Positions 21,249 through 29,294 of a DNA stretch of 64,000 nt are shown one piece after another. The translations under genes and the position numbers were made by a program. How positions within the stretch are numbered: position 1 is the stretch's first letter; each line of letters starts with the position of its first letter. A model generated the notes under the pieces. The model did not search any database, was not told the DNA's origin, and saw nothing but the letters and a program-made list of their open reading frames with translations. This DNA comes from Alphaproteobacteria bacterium (GTDB lineage Bacteria; Pseudomonadota; Alphaproteobacteria; UBA828), in contig CAXXVO010000004.1 in NCBI GenBank assembly GCA_963422645.2, forward strand, positions 512,001-576,000, in the 5' to 3' direction.

Positions 21249-23407
21249 CCCAAGTTGGCACTTTTTCCGTTTGTTCGGGGCCGAATTGGCCAGGTTTTTC
21301 CGGCTGACACACCAGATATAGCGTTGACGAGAAGGGCACGCCCCTACATTTGCGATTGCCGTCTCGAACTCCCTTTGTAGTGCCAGGGAATGGTGGGTTT
21401 GCAGGATTTCCCTTGACCCCACCACCAAAGCCGACATATCTGAACCCGCCACGACCAAAACGTGCCGGGCGACATGTTCATCAGGGCAACCAAGACCCAC
21501 ACTACCGAAGGCAAGCCGGTCCGCAGCCATCGCCTCGTGCTCTCGCAGCGCATCGGCGACAAGGTCAGGCAGCGCACGCTTCTCAACCTCGGCACCGACT
21601 ATCCGGTGCCGAAGGAGAAATGGCGCGAAGTTGCCGGACTCGCCGAGGCGCTGCTCAACGGCCGCCCGCCGCTGCTCGAAGCCGCGCCGGACGTGCAGGC
21701 CGCAGCCGAGGACATCGTCGCCAAGCTCAGGGCCAGGGGGTTCCGCCCCGAGGCGATACAGGAAGAGGCGCGCAAGCCCGACATCGCCACCGTCGACCTC
21801 GATACCCTGGAGCACGAGAACCCGCGCACGGTCGGCTGCGAGCGCCTGTGCCTCAAGGCCCTCGACGACCTCGGCTTCGCCGACATCCTCCACGGCCTCG
21901 ATATCAAGGGCCGCGACGGGCGCATCGCCAGCGCGCTGATCGTCGCCAGGATGGTCCATCCCGCCAGCGAGCGTGACACCAGCCGCTGGCTGCGCCGCGA
22001 CAGCGCGACCGCCGAGCTCCTGGGGCTGGAGGGCGACCGCAAGGCGCTGCGGCGCAAGACGCTCTACCGCATCGGCGACCTGCTCTGGCGCCACCGGGAC
22101 GCCATTCAGCGGGAGCTGTTCAACCGCGAGCGCGCGCTGCTCGACCTGCCCGAAACGATCGCCTTTTACGATCTCACCAATGTCCACTACCACGGCCACA
22201 CCCACGGCCAGCTTCCCAGGTTCGGGCGCTCCAAGCAGAAGCGCGACGACTGTCCGCTGATCACGCTGGCGCTGGCGCTCGACGGCGCAGGCTTCCCGCG
22301 CAGTTGCGAGATCCTGCCGGGCAACGTGAGCGAGCCGGGCACGCTGGAGGACGCGCTGGTCAGGCTCGAGGCGGTGTGCGGCGGCACGGCGCCGAAGCCC
22401 ACGGTGGTCATGGACGCGGGCATCGCCACCGAGGAGAACGTCGCGTGGCTGGGCGAGCAGGGCTACGACTGGATCGCGGTCAGCCGCGGCGCCAGGCCGC
22501 CGCTGCCCGAGGGCGGGCCCGAGGCTCTGCTGATCACCAGCGCGCGGCACGAGGTGCGCGCCTGGCGGCTTGCCAGCGAGGACGGCGAGGCGCGGCTCTA
22601 CGTCGTCAGCGAGGGCAAGAAGAAGGCCGAGAACGCGATCATCGGCCTCAGGCGGAACCGCTTCGAGGCGGCGCTGGAAAGGCTCCATAGCGGCCTGCCG
22701 GTCAAGGGCCGCCTCAAGCGCTACGACAGGGTGCTGGAGAGCATTGGCCGTCTCAAGCAGCGCTTCTCCACCGTCGCCAGACACTACGAGGTCACGGTCG
22801 AGAAGGCGAAAACCGGCCCCAACGCCGCCGCCGTGCGCTTCAAGCGCAGGCCGCAATACGACGAGGCCGACGAGGGCGCCGGCGCCTATGTGCTGCGCAC
22901 CAGCCACGTCGACTGGGATATCGAGACGATCCTGCGGACCTACTGGCGCATCACCGACATCGAGGCCACCTTCCGCAGCCTGAAATCCGAGCTCGGCCTT
23001 CGCCCGATCTGGCACCAGCTCGACCGTCGCATCGCGGCCCACCTGCTGATCGCCGTGCTGGCCTATCACGCCGTGCATCTGATCCGTACCCGACTGGCCG
23101 CGCGGGGCATCCACAAGTGCTGGGCATCGATCCGCGAGGGCATGCGGACCTGGGTGCGGATCACCACGCGACTGCGCCAGACCGACGGCACCTTGATCGT
23201 CAACCGCCAGGACACGCGCCCGGCCGCCGAGGTCGCCCAAATCTCCTCGGCGGCGGGTGTTGACCCCGCCATCCACCGCACGAGGACCCGCCTGACGAGC
23301 TGACAGAATCTCACAAAATGTAGTGCCATGTTGGAATCGGCAGAGAAAAATATTGCGCCATATCAAAGCGATAAACGACAGCAGAACACAAAAAGTGCCA
23401 ACCTGGG
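21249..23407 (+). mobile_element. IS1634-family element, copy 1 (2159 bp)
   Basis: IR CCCAAGTTGGCACTTTTT / AAAAAGTGCCAACCTGGG; TTGT duplicated at 21245-21248 and 23408-23411. Confidence 0.92.
21474..23303 (+). CDS. IS1634-family DDE transposase
   Basis: MFIR..K, RLV.S.R.G.KVRQRTLLNLG, FYDLTN, FGRSKQKR.D, VVMDAG, IEATFRSLKSELGLRPIWHQ. Confidence 0.9.
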   Translation: MFIRATKTHTTEGKPVRSHRLVLSQRIGDKVRQRTLLNLGTDYPVPKEKWREVAGLAEALLNGRPPLLEAAPDVQAAAEDIVAKLRARGFRPEAIQEEARKPDIATVDLDTLEHENPRTVGCERLCLKALDDLGFADILHGLDIKGRDGRIASALIVARMVHPASERDTSRWLRRDSATAELLGLEGDRKALRRKTLYRIGDLLWRHRDAIQRELFNRERALLDLPETIAFYDLTNVHYHGHTHGQLPRFGRSKQKRDDCPLITLALALDGAGFPRSCEILPGNVSEPGTLEDALVRLEAVCGGTAPKPTVVMDAGIATEENVAWLGEQGYDWIAVSRGARPPLPEGGPEALLITSARHEVRAWRLASEDGEARLYVVSEGKKKAENAIIGLRRNRFEAALERLHSGLPVKGRLKRYDRVLESIGRLKQRFSTVARHYEVTVEKAKTGPNAAAVRFKRRPQYDEADEGAGAYVLRTSHVDWDIETILRTYWRITDIEATFRSLKSELGLRPIWHQLDRRIAAHLLIAVLAYHAVHLIRTRLAARGIHKCWASIREGMRTWVRITTRLRQTDGTLIVNRQDTRPAAEVAQISSAAGVDPAIHRTRTRLTS

Positions 23408-24993
23408 TTGTGCCAGGTCAGGCAGGCGACGCCGCGCCTCGCCAGCCGGCGGAACAGATCCGGGCTCCAGCCCTCGCGGTCGAAGACCAGGGTGAGCGCC
23501 GGCTGGCCGGGATGCTCGGCGGTCAGGTCCGGCGCCCCGGCGCCAACGATCCCAAGCTCCTGCAGCGCCGGCACCACGTCGGCTTCGATGGCCGCGACCA
23601 TCTTCGGGTCCAGCGGCTTGTGCAGACAGAGCAGCGGCTTGCCGCCCAGAGCGTTGATCCAGTAGCTGGCGCTCGCCGGCAGGCACAGCTTCTCGCGCGA
23701 GACGAAGTGCTTGGGCAAGCGCCCCTTGCGGCCGGAGTAGACCTTGACGTGCCCGTCGATGGCCAGCGTCGCCCAGAGCTCCGGCTCGTCGGCCTTGCCA
23801 GCGCCTGGCAAGGGCGAGCTGCCACGCCCGCACGCCGGCCTCGTCGTCGGCGATGAGAGCGATCTTGCGGCGCAGCGTCTTGACCTCGGGGCAGCGATCG
23901 AGGCCGAGAATGGCGCCCCATTCGCCCGGCGCCTGGTAGCGCAGGCTCTCGGGGTTGCGCACCCGCGCCAAGGTCATGAAGGCCAGGAAGAGCAGGATCG
24001 TAGGCAAGCCGTAATAGCCCTTCGGCAGCAATGGCAGGAGACCGGTCTCGGAGAGAAGACCTTCCTTCAGCAGGGCCGGCAGGGCGGCGAGCACGCCGCC
24101 GAAGCGGACACCGCGGGCGGCGGCGGCGAACTGCGGTTCGACCGGCCCCGCCTGTCCACAACTGGCCAGAACCCGAGCCGGAACATCGCAAGTCGCACGC
24201 CCCATCGGCGCCTGCCGGTCCCGCCGATCGCGCGCGCTGCGATCCGTTTGCGGCTGCGCTTCCAGCCCCGGCGCCGTCTCCGGCCCCGGGGCACCGGTAC
24301 TCTCTTCATCGACACGGCCTTCAGGAGCCGCACCCGCGTCAGGCGGCGCAGCCAGCGCTGAGCGTCCGGGCTCCCCATCCGCCTCCGTGTTGCCGATCAG
24401 TCCCTGACGGCGCCACTTGTTGACCGATGGCGCTGACACGCCGAGAACCCGGGCCGCCGCAGAGCCGCTCAGGCCCGATGCCAGCAACGCCGTCGCCTTC
24501 TCCGCCAACTCCGGAGTGAACACCGACGGCCCGCGACCGCGCCGGGGCTTCATGAACCCCGCTTCGCCCTCGGCCAGGTAGCGCCGTCGTGCGCGCTGCA
24601 CCGTCGCGCGCGAGACAGCGAAAGCGTCAGCCAGTTCCTGCGGCGAGACCGCGCTGATCGCCGCGAGGCGGCCGATCCGCAAGAGCATGGCCGTGCGGTC
24701 ATCGGCGGCGTGGCTGTCAAAGGGAATGAGGTTGGAAAAGTAGGTGAAGGTGTCGTCCGAGATCAGGACGGCGAAGCAGCTGTTGCCGATCGAGACCGCC
24801 TCTGGAGGGCACATTGGGAGGGTACTGGGCATGGTTGAGACCCCGTGCAATTGGTATCAAATTATAATATCAGACCTCGGGCGCGACACCCAGCGAAAAA
24901 CCGCCTGAAACAACCGAAATGTATCAGAATTCAAGGAGTTCCCGGCACGCTGCCCAGAACAGCCAGCATCACGAGGTCAGGAAGTCTGAACCT

Positions 24994-25261
24994 CGCGCGC
25001 CGCCTTCAAAAGCATAAGGAGGGCTGCCTGCGCTTCCTCACCGACCTGCGCACGCCGTTCACGAATAACGAGGCGGAGCGTGACATCCGTATGAACAAAG
25101 TGCATGAGAAGATCTCAGGCGGCTTCCGCTCCCTGCAAGGCGCCTGCAACTTCGCCGGAATGCGCAGCGTCATCGTCACCGCTCGAAAGCAAGGCTGGAA
25201 CATCCTGCAAATCCTGGCGCACCCGGAACCGATGCAGCTGATCCCTATACTGCGCTCCTGA
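24994..25261 (+). pseudogene. IS66 transposase, 3' part
   Basis: PFTNNEAERDIR.K...KISGGFRS; joins in frame with 19041-20311 to give 512 aa. Confidence 0.9.
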
Positions 25262-25426
25262 ACTTCTCCGGCTCATCCTGAGTATCGCTGTCCTCTCATC
25301 TTGTTCGCGACGCGGCGTTCATCATCCTCTCGCGCTCAAGAGAGTAGGCACCCCCGCGGCGTGGGGGCGTTGACGCAAAAGGAACTGGCTTGTTCCATAA
25401 GAGAGAGGGGGTACCTGGGCAGTTAC

Positions 25427-25672
25427 GAAAATACTCGATCCAATAATGCTGCGGAATACCAGAGTCGATTAGAGTGATCGGAATTCAGCCTCAAAATGTC
25501 TTTCCAGATTGGTGAATTTTCGCAGATGAAGTTGCTCCCAATCCTTGCTACAGGAAAGAGATTATTAATTGGTATCAGAGGATCCAACCACTGTCCTGTT
25601 ATGGGGGAATATCATTGATTACGGACCAATCATCGATCACGTTGAAGAGTACGTGCGCCCCTCCTGTCGTAA
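25427..25672 (+). pseudogene. Decayed C-terminal part of a MunI-like restriction endonuclease
   Basis: Low-GC stretch. Frame from 25498 reads VFPDW*IFADEVAPNPCYRKEIINWY, an ungapped match to recalled R.MunI ILPFWVVFEGDITRDPKRVREITFWY; after a frameshift it reads VLLWGNIIDYGPIIDHVEEYVRP. Confidence 0.65.
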
Positions 25673-25769
25673 ATCGAAAAGCGGAAAACATCGCATTGCT
25701 TGACCGAAAAAATTGGATCAGTCTTACATCGCTGGCGAGTAGGAGAGAGCTGAACGTGCGAGGCGGTCT

Positions 25770-26381
25770 ATGAGGAAGGGGGTGCCGGGTAGCAAGGGAG
25801 GCTCAGTTGCCGTGAAGCGTCTCTGCTTCTTGGTTCCGCTGATCGTCCTGCTCTTCATCCCCGGAGCAAGCTGGGCTTTCTACAAGCCGGTGCGTGTCCT
25901 TGCGCCCGAACTCAATGGCGTGACGTGCGTCACCGATGCGATCTGCGTGGAAGATTTGGCGCGCTACGAGGAGGCGTCGGTCCTCTATGAGGAGGGCTTC
26001 ACGTTCGTGAATAAGGTGGTGGGTGCAATTGAGGAACCGCCGCGCGTCATTTTCTGCTCCACGCAAGGCTGCTTCGAGTCCTTTGGATTCGACCGGGCGG
26101 CCGCACATACAGTGGGCGTGTCGGGCATCGTTGTGGGTCCTCGGGGATGGAAGCGCTACTACATGCGCCACGAGATGATCCACCATCTGCAAGCGGAGCG
26201 TCTCGGTGTTTTCGAGCAGTGGCGCAGTCCCGATTGGCTCAAGGAGGGAATGGCTTACGCGATGAGCCGGGACCCTCGACCCGTTCTGTCCGAGCCCTGG
26301 CAAGGATACCGTTCGCAGTTCGAGGCATGGTCGCAATCGGTGGGAAGGGAGCGTCTATGGATAGAAGCGGCAAGGCTGTGA
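25770..26381 (+). CDS. Exported or membrane-anchored protein with HExxH zinc-metallopeptidase motif
   Basis: Hydrophobic N-terminus, RHEMIHH, then WLKEGMA (gluzincin-like). True start may be GTG 25812. Confidence 0.6.
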   Translation: MRKGVPGSKGGSVAVKRLCFLVPLIVLLFIPGASWAFYKPVRVLAPELNGVTCVTDAICVEDLARYEEASVLYEEGFTFVNKVVGAIEEPPRVIFCSTQGCFESFGFDRAAAHTVGVSGIVVGPRGWKRYYMRHEMIHHLQAERLGVFEQWRSPDWLKEGMAYAMSRDPRPVLSEPWQGYRSQFEAWSQSVGRERLWIEAARL

Positions 26382-26428
26382 AGCGCCAATCTGGCGGCCG
26401 TGCCAGTGTTTCGCGCCAACACGGTGCG

Positions 26429-27619
26429 ATGGAGCACAGCACCCCGCCCTGCGATCTCGACGCGGTAAGTCTCTATCGGCTCGGGCGCGTGCGCGAGGCC
26501 CTGGCGGCGCGGGACCTCGCCGGCATCATCCTCTACGACCCGGTGAACATCCGCTACGCGACCGATTCGCCGAACATGCAGGTCTGGTGCACCCACAACG
26601 AGGCGCGCTACCTCTACGTGTCGGCCGAAGGCCTGGTCACGCTCTTCGAATTCGGCGGGGGCAGTGACCTGCTCACTTCGGGACTTCCCACAATCGACGA
26701 GGTCCGCGCCGCGACCTTCGTGCTCTACTTCATCGCTGGCGGGCGACAGGCGGACAACGCGCGGGCCTGGGCGGCCGAGCTGGATTCGGTGATCCGCGAG
26801 CAAGGCGGCGGCAACAAGCGTATCGCCATCGACCGCGTCGGACCGGTGGGCTTCATGGAGATGCAGCGCCTCGGGTATGAAATCCACGACGGCTTCGAGG
26901 TGATGGAGAACGCCCGGACGATCAAGTCGGCGGGCGAGATCACCCTGATGCGCCATGCCATCGCCGTCTGCGAGCAGGCCATTCAGGGGATGCGGGAGGC
27001 GCTCAGGCCCGGCATCACGGAGAATGCGCTCTGGGCCGAGCTCCACCGCGGCAACATCGCGGGCGGCGGCGAGTGGATCGAGTGCCGCCTGCTGGCCTCC
27101 GGGCCGCGCACCAACCCGTGGTTCCGCGAGTCCTCGATGCGGGTCATCGAGCGCGGCGACATCGTGGCCTTCGACACCGACCTTGTGGGCCCCTACGGCT
27201 ACTGCTGCGACATCTCGCGCACCTGGGTGTGCGACGCGCGTCCCAGCGACGAACAGCGGCGCATCTACGCCGAGGCCCACGCTCACATTCAGCACGACAA
27301 GGCGCTGCTGAAGCCCGGTGTGAACTTCCGCGAGCTGACCGAGCTGCTCCGCCCCCTAGGCGACGAATTCGTCGAGGGCCGCTATTCGGTGTCGATGCAC
27401 GGGGTGGGGCTTTGCGACGAATACCCGGCGATTCCCTACCCGCAAGACTATGAGCCCGGAGACGACGGCGTACTGCAGGCGGGGATGGTAATGTGCGTCG
27501 AAGGCCTCGCCGCACCCGCTGGCGGTCGCGAGGCGGTCAAGCTGGAGGAACAGGTGCTGATCACTGAAGATGGCTGCGAGCAACTCTCATCCTACCCGTT
27601 GGAGGAGGACTGGCTGTAG
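26429..27619 (+). CDS. dddP: DddP-like M24-family protein (candidate DMSP lyase)
   Basis: DPVNIRYATDSPNMQVW..HN, GGEWIECRLLASGPRTNPWF.E, FDTDLVG.YG...DISR, MHGVGLCDEYP closely match recalled DddP motifs. Confidence 0.7.
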   Translation: MEHSTPPCDLDAVSLYRLGRVREALAARDLAGIILYDPVNIRYATDSPNMQVWCTHNEARYLYVSAEGLVTLFEFGGGSDLLTSGLPTIDEVRAATFVLYFIAGGRQADNARAWAAELDSVIREQGGGNKRIAIDRVGPVGFMEMQRLGYEIHDGFEVMENARTIKSAGEITLMRHAIAVCEQAIQGMREALRPGITENALWAELHRGNIAGGGEWIECRLLASGPRTNPWFRESSMRVIERGDIVAFDTDLVGPYGYCCDISRTWVCDARPSDEQRRIYAEAHAHIQHDKALLKPGVNFRELTELLRPLGDEFVEGRYSVSMHGVGLCDEYPAIPYPQDYEPGDDGVLQAGMVMCVEGLAAPAGGREAVKLEEQVLITEDGCEQLSSYPLEEDWL

Positions 27620-27655
27620 CGGGGCAGGCAGCAATCCGCCTCGTTAGGCATTCGC

Positions 27656-28462
27656 ATGAGATCGATCCTCGACCTCGATCGTTGGCCCGTGACTGCGCTG
27701 GATGGCGCGCTTGGTCGTGCCTTGGTCTCCCGCTGCCGGGATGAGTTGCGCGAGACAGGCATGTTCAATCTCGAAGGGCTGATTCGATCCGAGGCGCTCC
27801 CGGCTTGCGTCGCAGAGGTCGAGCCGCTCTTCGACGCGGCTTCCTTCACCCACGCCCGCGATCACAACATCTACTTCGACGACGAGATCGCGGACCTGAA
27901 GGCGGACCACCCTGCACTAAGCCGACTCAGGACCGTGAATCACACGATTTGCGGCGATCAGATCCCGGTCAGCACGATTGCGCGGATATACGAGTGGCAG
28001 CCGCTCATCGACTTCCTGGCGGCGGCGATGGAGAAGCCCCGGCTCTACCCCATGGCCGATCCCCTCGGCCGGCTCAATGTCATGGCTTATCTGGAAAGGG
28101 AACGGCTCAACTGGCACTTCGACCGGGCCGAGTTCACCATCACCGTGCTCTTGCAGGCGCCGCTCGGGGGCGGGGACTTTCAGTACCGAAGCGGGCTGAG
28201 GAGCGAGGCGGACCCCAACTACGAAGGCGTCGCCCGCCTGCTCGCCGGCGACGACGATCATGTGAAAACCCTGCCGCTCGCGCCCGGCACGCTCAACGTC
28301 TTCAAGGGCAAGAACACGGCGCACCGGGTGACACCGATTGAAGGCGATCGCGACAGGATTATCGCCGTGTTCTCCTACTACGAGACACCGGACGTGACCT
28401 TCAGCGATACAGAGCGTTTGGGCTTCTACGGTCGAACCGACCCAGTCGTTGCCGAGGCGTAA
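27656..28462 (+). CDS. 2OG-Fe(II) oxygenase (BesD/HalD-like fold, hydroxylase-type HxD)
   Basis: LNWHFD, LLQAP..GG.F, HRVTP...R motifs. Confidence 0.75.
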   Translation: MRSILDLDRWPVTALDGALGRALVSRCRDELRETGMFNLEGLIRSEALPACVAEVEPLFDAASFTHARDHNIYFDDEIADLKADHPALSRLRTVNHTICGDQIPVSTIARIYEWQPLIDFLAAAMEKPRLYPMADPLGRLNVMAYLERERLNWHFDRAEFTITVLLQAPLGGGDFQYRSGLRSEADPNYEGVARLLAGDDDHVKTLPLAPGTLNVFKGKNTAHRVTPIEGDRDRIIAVFSYYETPDVTFSDTERLGFYGRTDPVVAEA

Positions 28463-28471
28463 GGCCGCGAG

Positions 28472-28786
28472 ATGACCGTGTCTCTCTTCTACAACGCGCG
28501 TTGCCCCGACTGTGTGCATCAAGCCAAGCTGACGGAACGCATGGACTGGCTGGGGCGGGTCGAGCTCAGAACTGACGCCTCGCCGCTGGGCGAAGTCCCG
28601 GTCGGTGAGATCGTCGTGGTGGAGAAAGAGAGCAGTAAGGCGTTCACGAGCATCTACGCGACCCGCAAGGTGTGCCTGCAGGTTCCGTTGCTCTTCCTCT
28701 ACGGGCTCGCGCTCTACCTTCCACCGATCCGCATCCTGCTCGGGCGCGACAAGCAGGGTTGCAACGGCGACACCTGCGAAATCTGA
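28472..28786 (+). CDS. DCC1/DUF393-like thiol-disulfide oxidoreductase
   Basis: LFYNARCPDC near the N-terminus, D.LGR pattern, C-terminal CNGDTC. Confidence 0.55.
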   Translation: MTVSLFYNARCPDCVHQAKLTERMDWLGRVELRTDASPLGEVPVGEIVVVEKESSKAFTSIYATRKVCLQVPLLFLYGLALYLPPIRILLGRDKQGCNGDTCEI

Positions 28787-28802
28787 CCGAGAGCACTGCC
28801 GC

Positions 28803-28888
28803 TCACGCGGCGCTTTCAGTCCCGTTCGCCTCCAGCAGCTTCCGCGCCACCCAGCGGTAGAAGCAGTGGGTGGTGCGCTCCAGCGCTG
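28803..28888 (-). pseudogene. Orphan C-terminal gene remnant, possibly a Rieske oxygenase alpha-subunit tail
   Basis: PALERTTHCFYRWVARKLL...; ends at the junction with the plasmid-like segment. Confidence 0.25.
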
Positions 28889-29107
28889 GCGGGCAAGACC
28901 GTGTCGCGCTATGTGATGGAGCTTGCGCTCGCCGACGATCCGGACCGTCATCCCCTGGTGCTGACGGAAGAGGAACAGGCTGAGTTGCGGGATGGGGCGC
29001 GGGAGTTGCAGGCATTCGTGCTGGCTCTCCGGCGCGAGCTTCCGGGCGGCAGCGGGCTGAGCCTGCTGAGCGCGGTCTCTGTGATTGCACGGGAGCGGGC
29101 GCCGTGA
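28881..29107 (+). pseudogene. 5'-truncated ribbon-helix-helix/MobC-like protein
   Basis: ALAGKTVSRYVMELAL is an RHH second helix; no upstream strand or first helix; its TGA overlaps the next GTG. Confidence 0.5.
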
Positions 29108-29257
29108 GCCGAAAGCGGCGCCGCCGGAAGGTGGGCAAGCACATTTCGCTCTCGGCGACGGACGCGGATTGGGAGATCGTTCGCAGCAACGCAAAGCGGC
29201 GTGGCCTGTCGATCGCGCGCTACCTGGTGGAGCGGGACGCTTCGGAAGAGGACGCCG

Positions 29258-29290
29258 GTCTCCGGCACGAGTGTCTCCGGCACGAGTGTC
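29258..29290 (+). repeat. 15-bp tandem repeat (about 2.2 copies)
   Basis: GTCTCCGGCACGAGT GTCTCCGGCACGAGT GTC, directly left of the IS1634 target. Confidence 0.85.
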
Positions 29291-29294
29291 CTGA

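Larger units (their letters stand above)
20311..24832 (-). pseudogene. ISX transposase (about 785 aa), split by IS1634 and a frameshift
   Basis: N-terminal HTHs (FAVSRATVQR, SGSAAARVLGVS), acidic motifs IDGH, VFDREG, RWSQENFFK; same protein in copies 2 and 3. Confidence 0.8.
20312..24988 (-). mobile_element. ISX copy 1: unclassified IS (2514 bp after removing the IS1634), inserted in the IS66 transposase
   Basis: Perfect IR CAGACTTCCTGACCTC at both ends; AACCT duplicated at 20307-20311 and 24989-24993; removal restores ...RIGHNLARRL.... Confidence 0.9.
18237..25426 (+). mobile_element. IS66-family element (single-transposase type) carrying a DNA methyltransferase passenger, with nested ISX and IS1634
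   Basis: IRL GTAACTACCCAGGTACCCC (18237-18255), IRR GGGGTACCTGGGCAGTTAC (25408-25426), 18/19 match; flanks GAAAATTC / GAAAATAC (7/8). Confidence 0.9.

Noticed and set aside
27656-28462. BesD-type halogenase
   Set aside because: The iron motif is HFD with the carboxylate retained; halogenases have Gly or Ala there.
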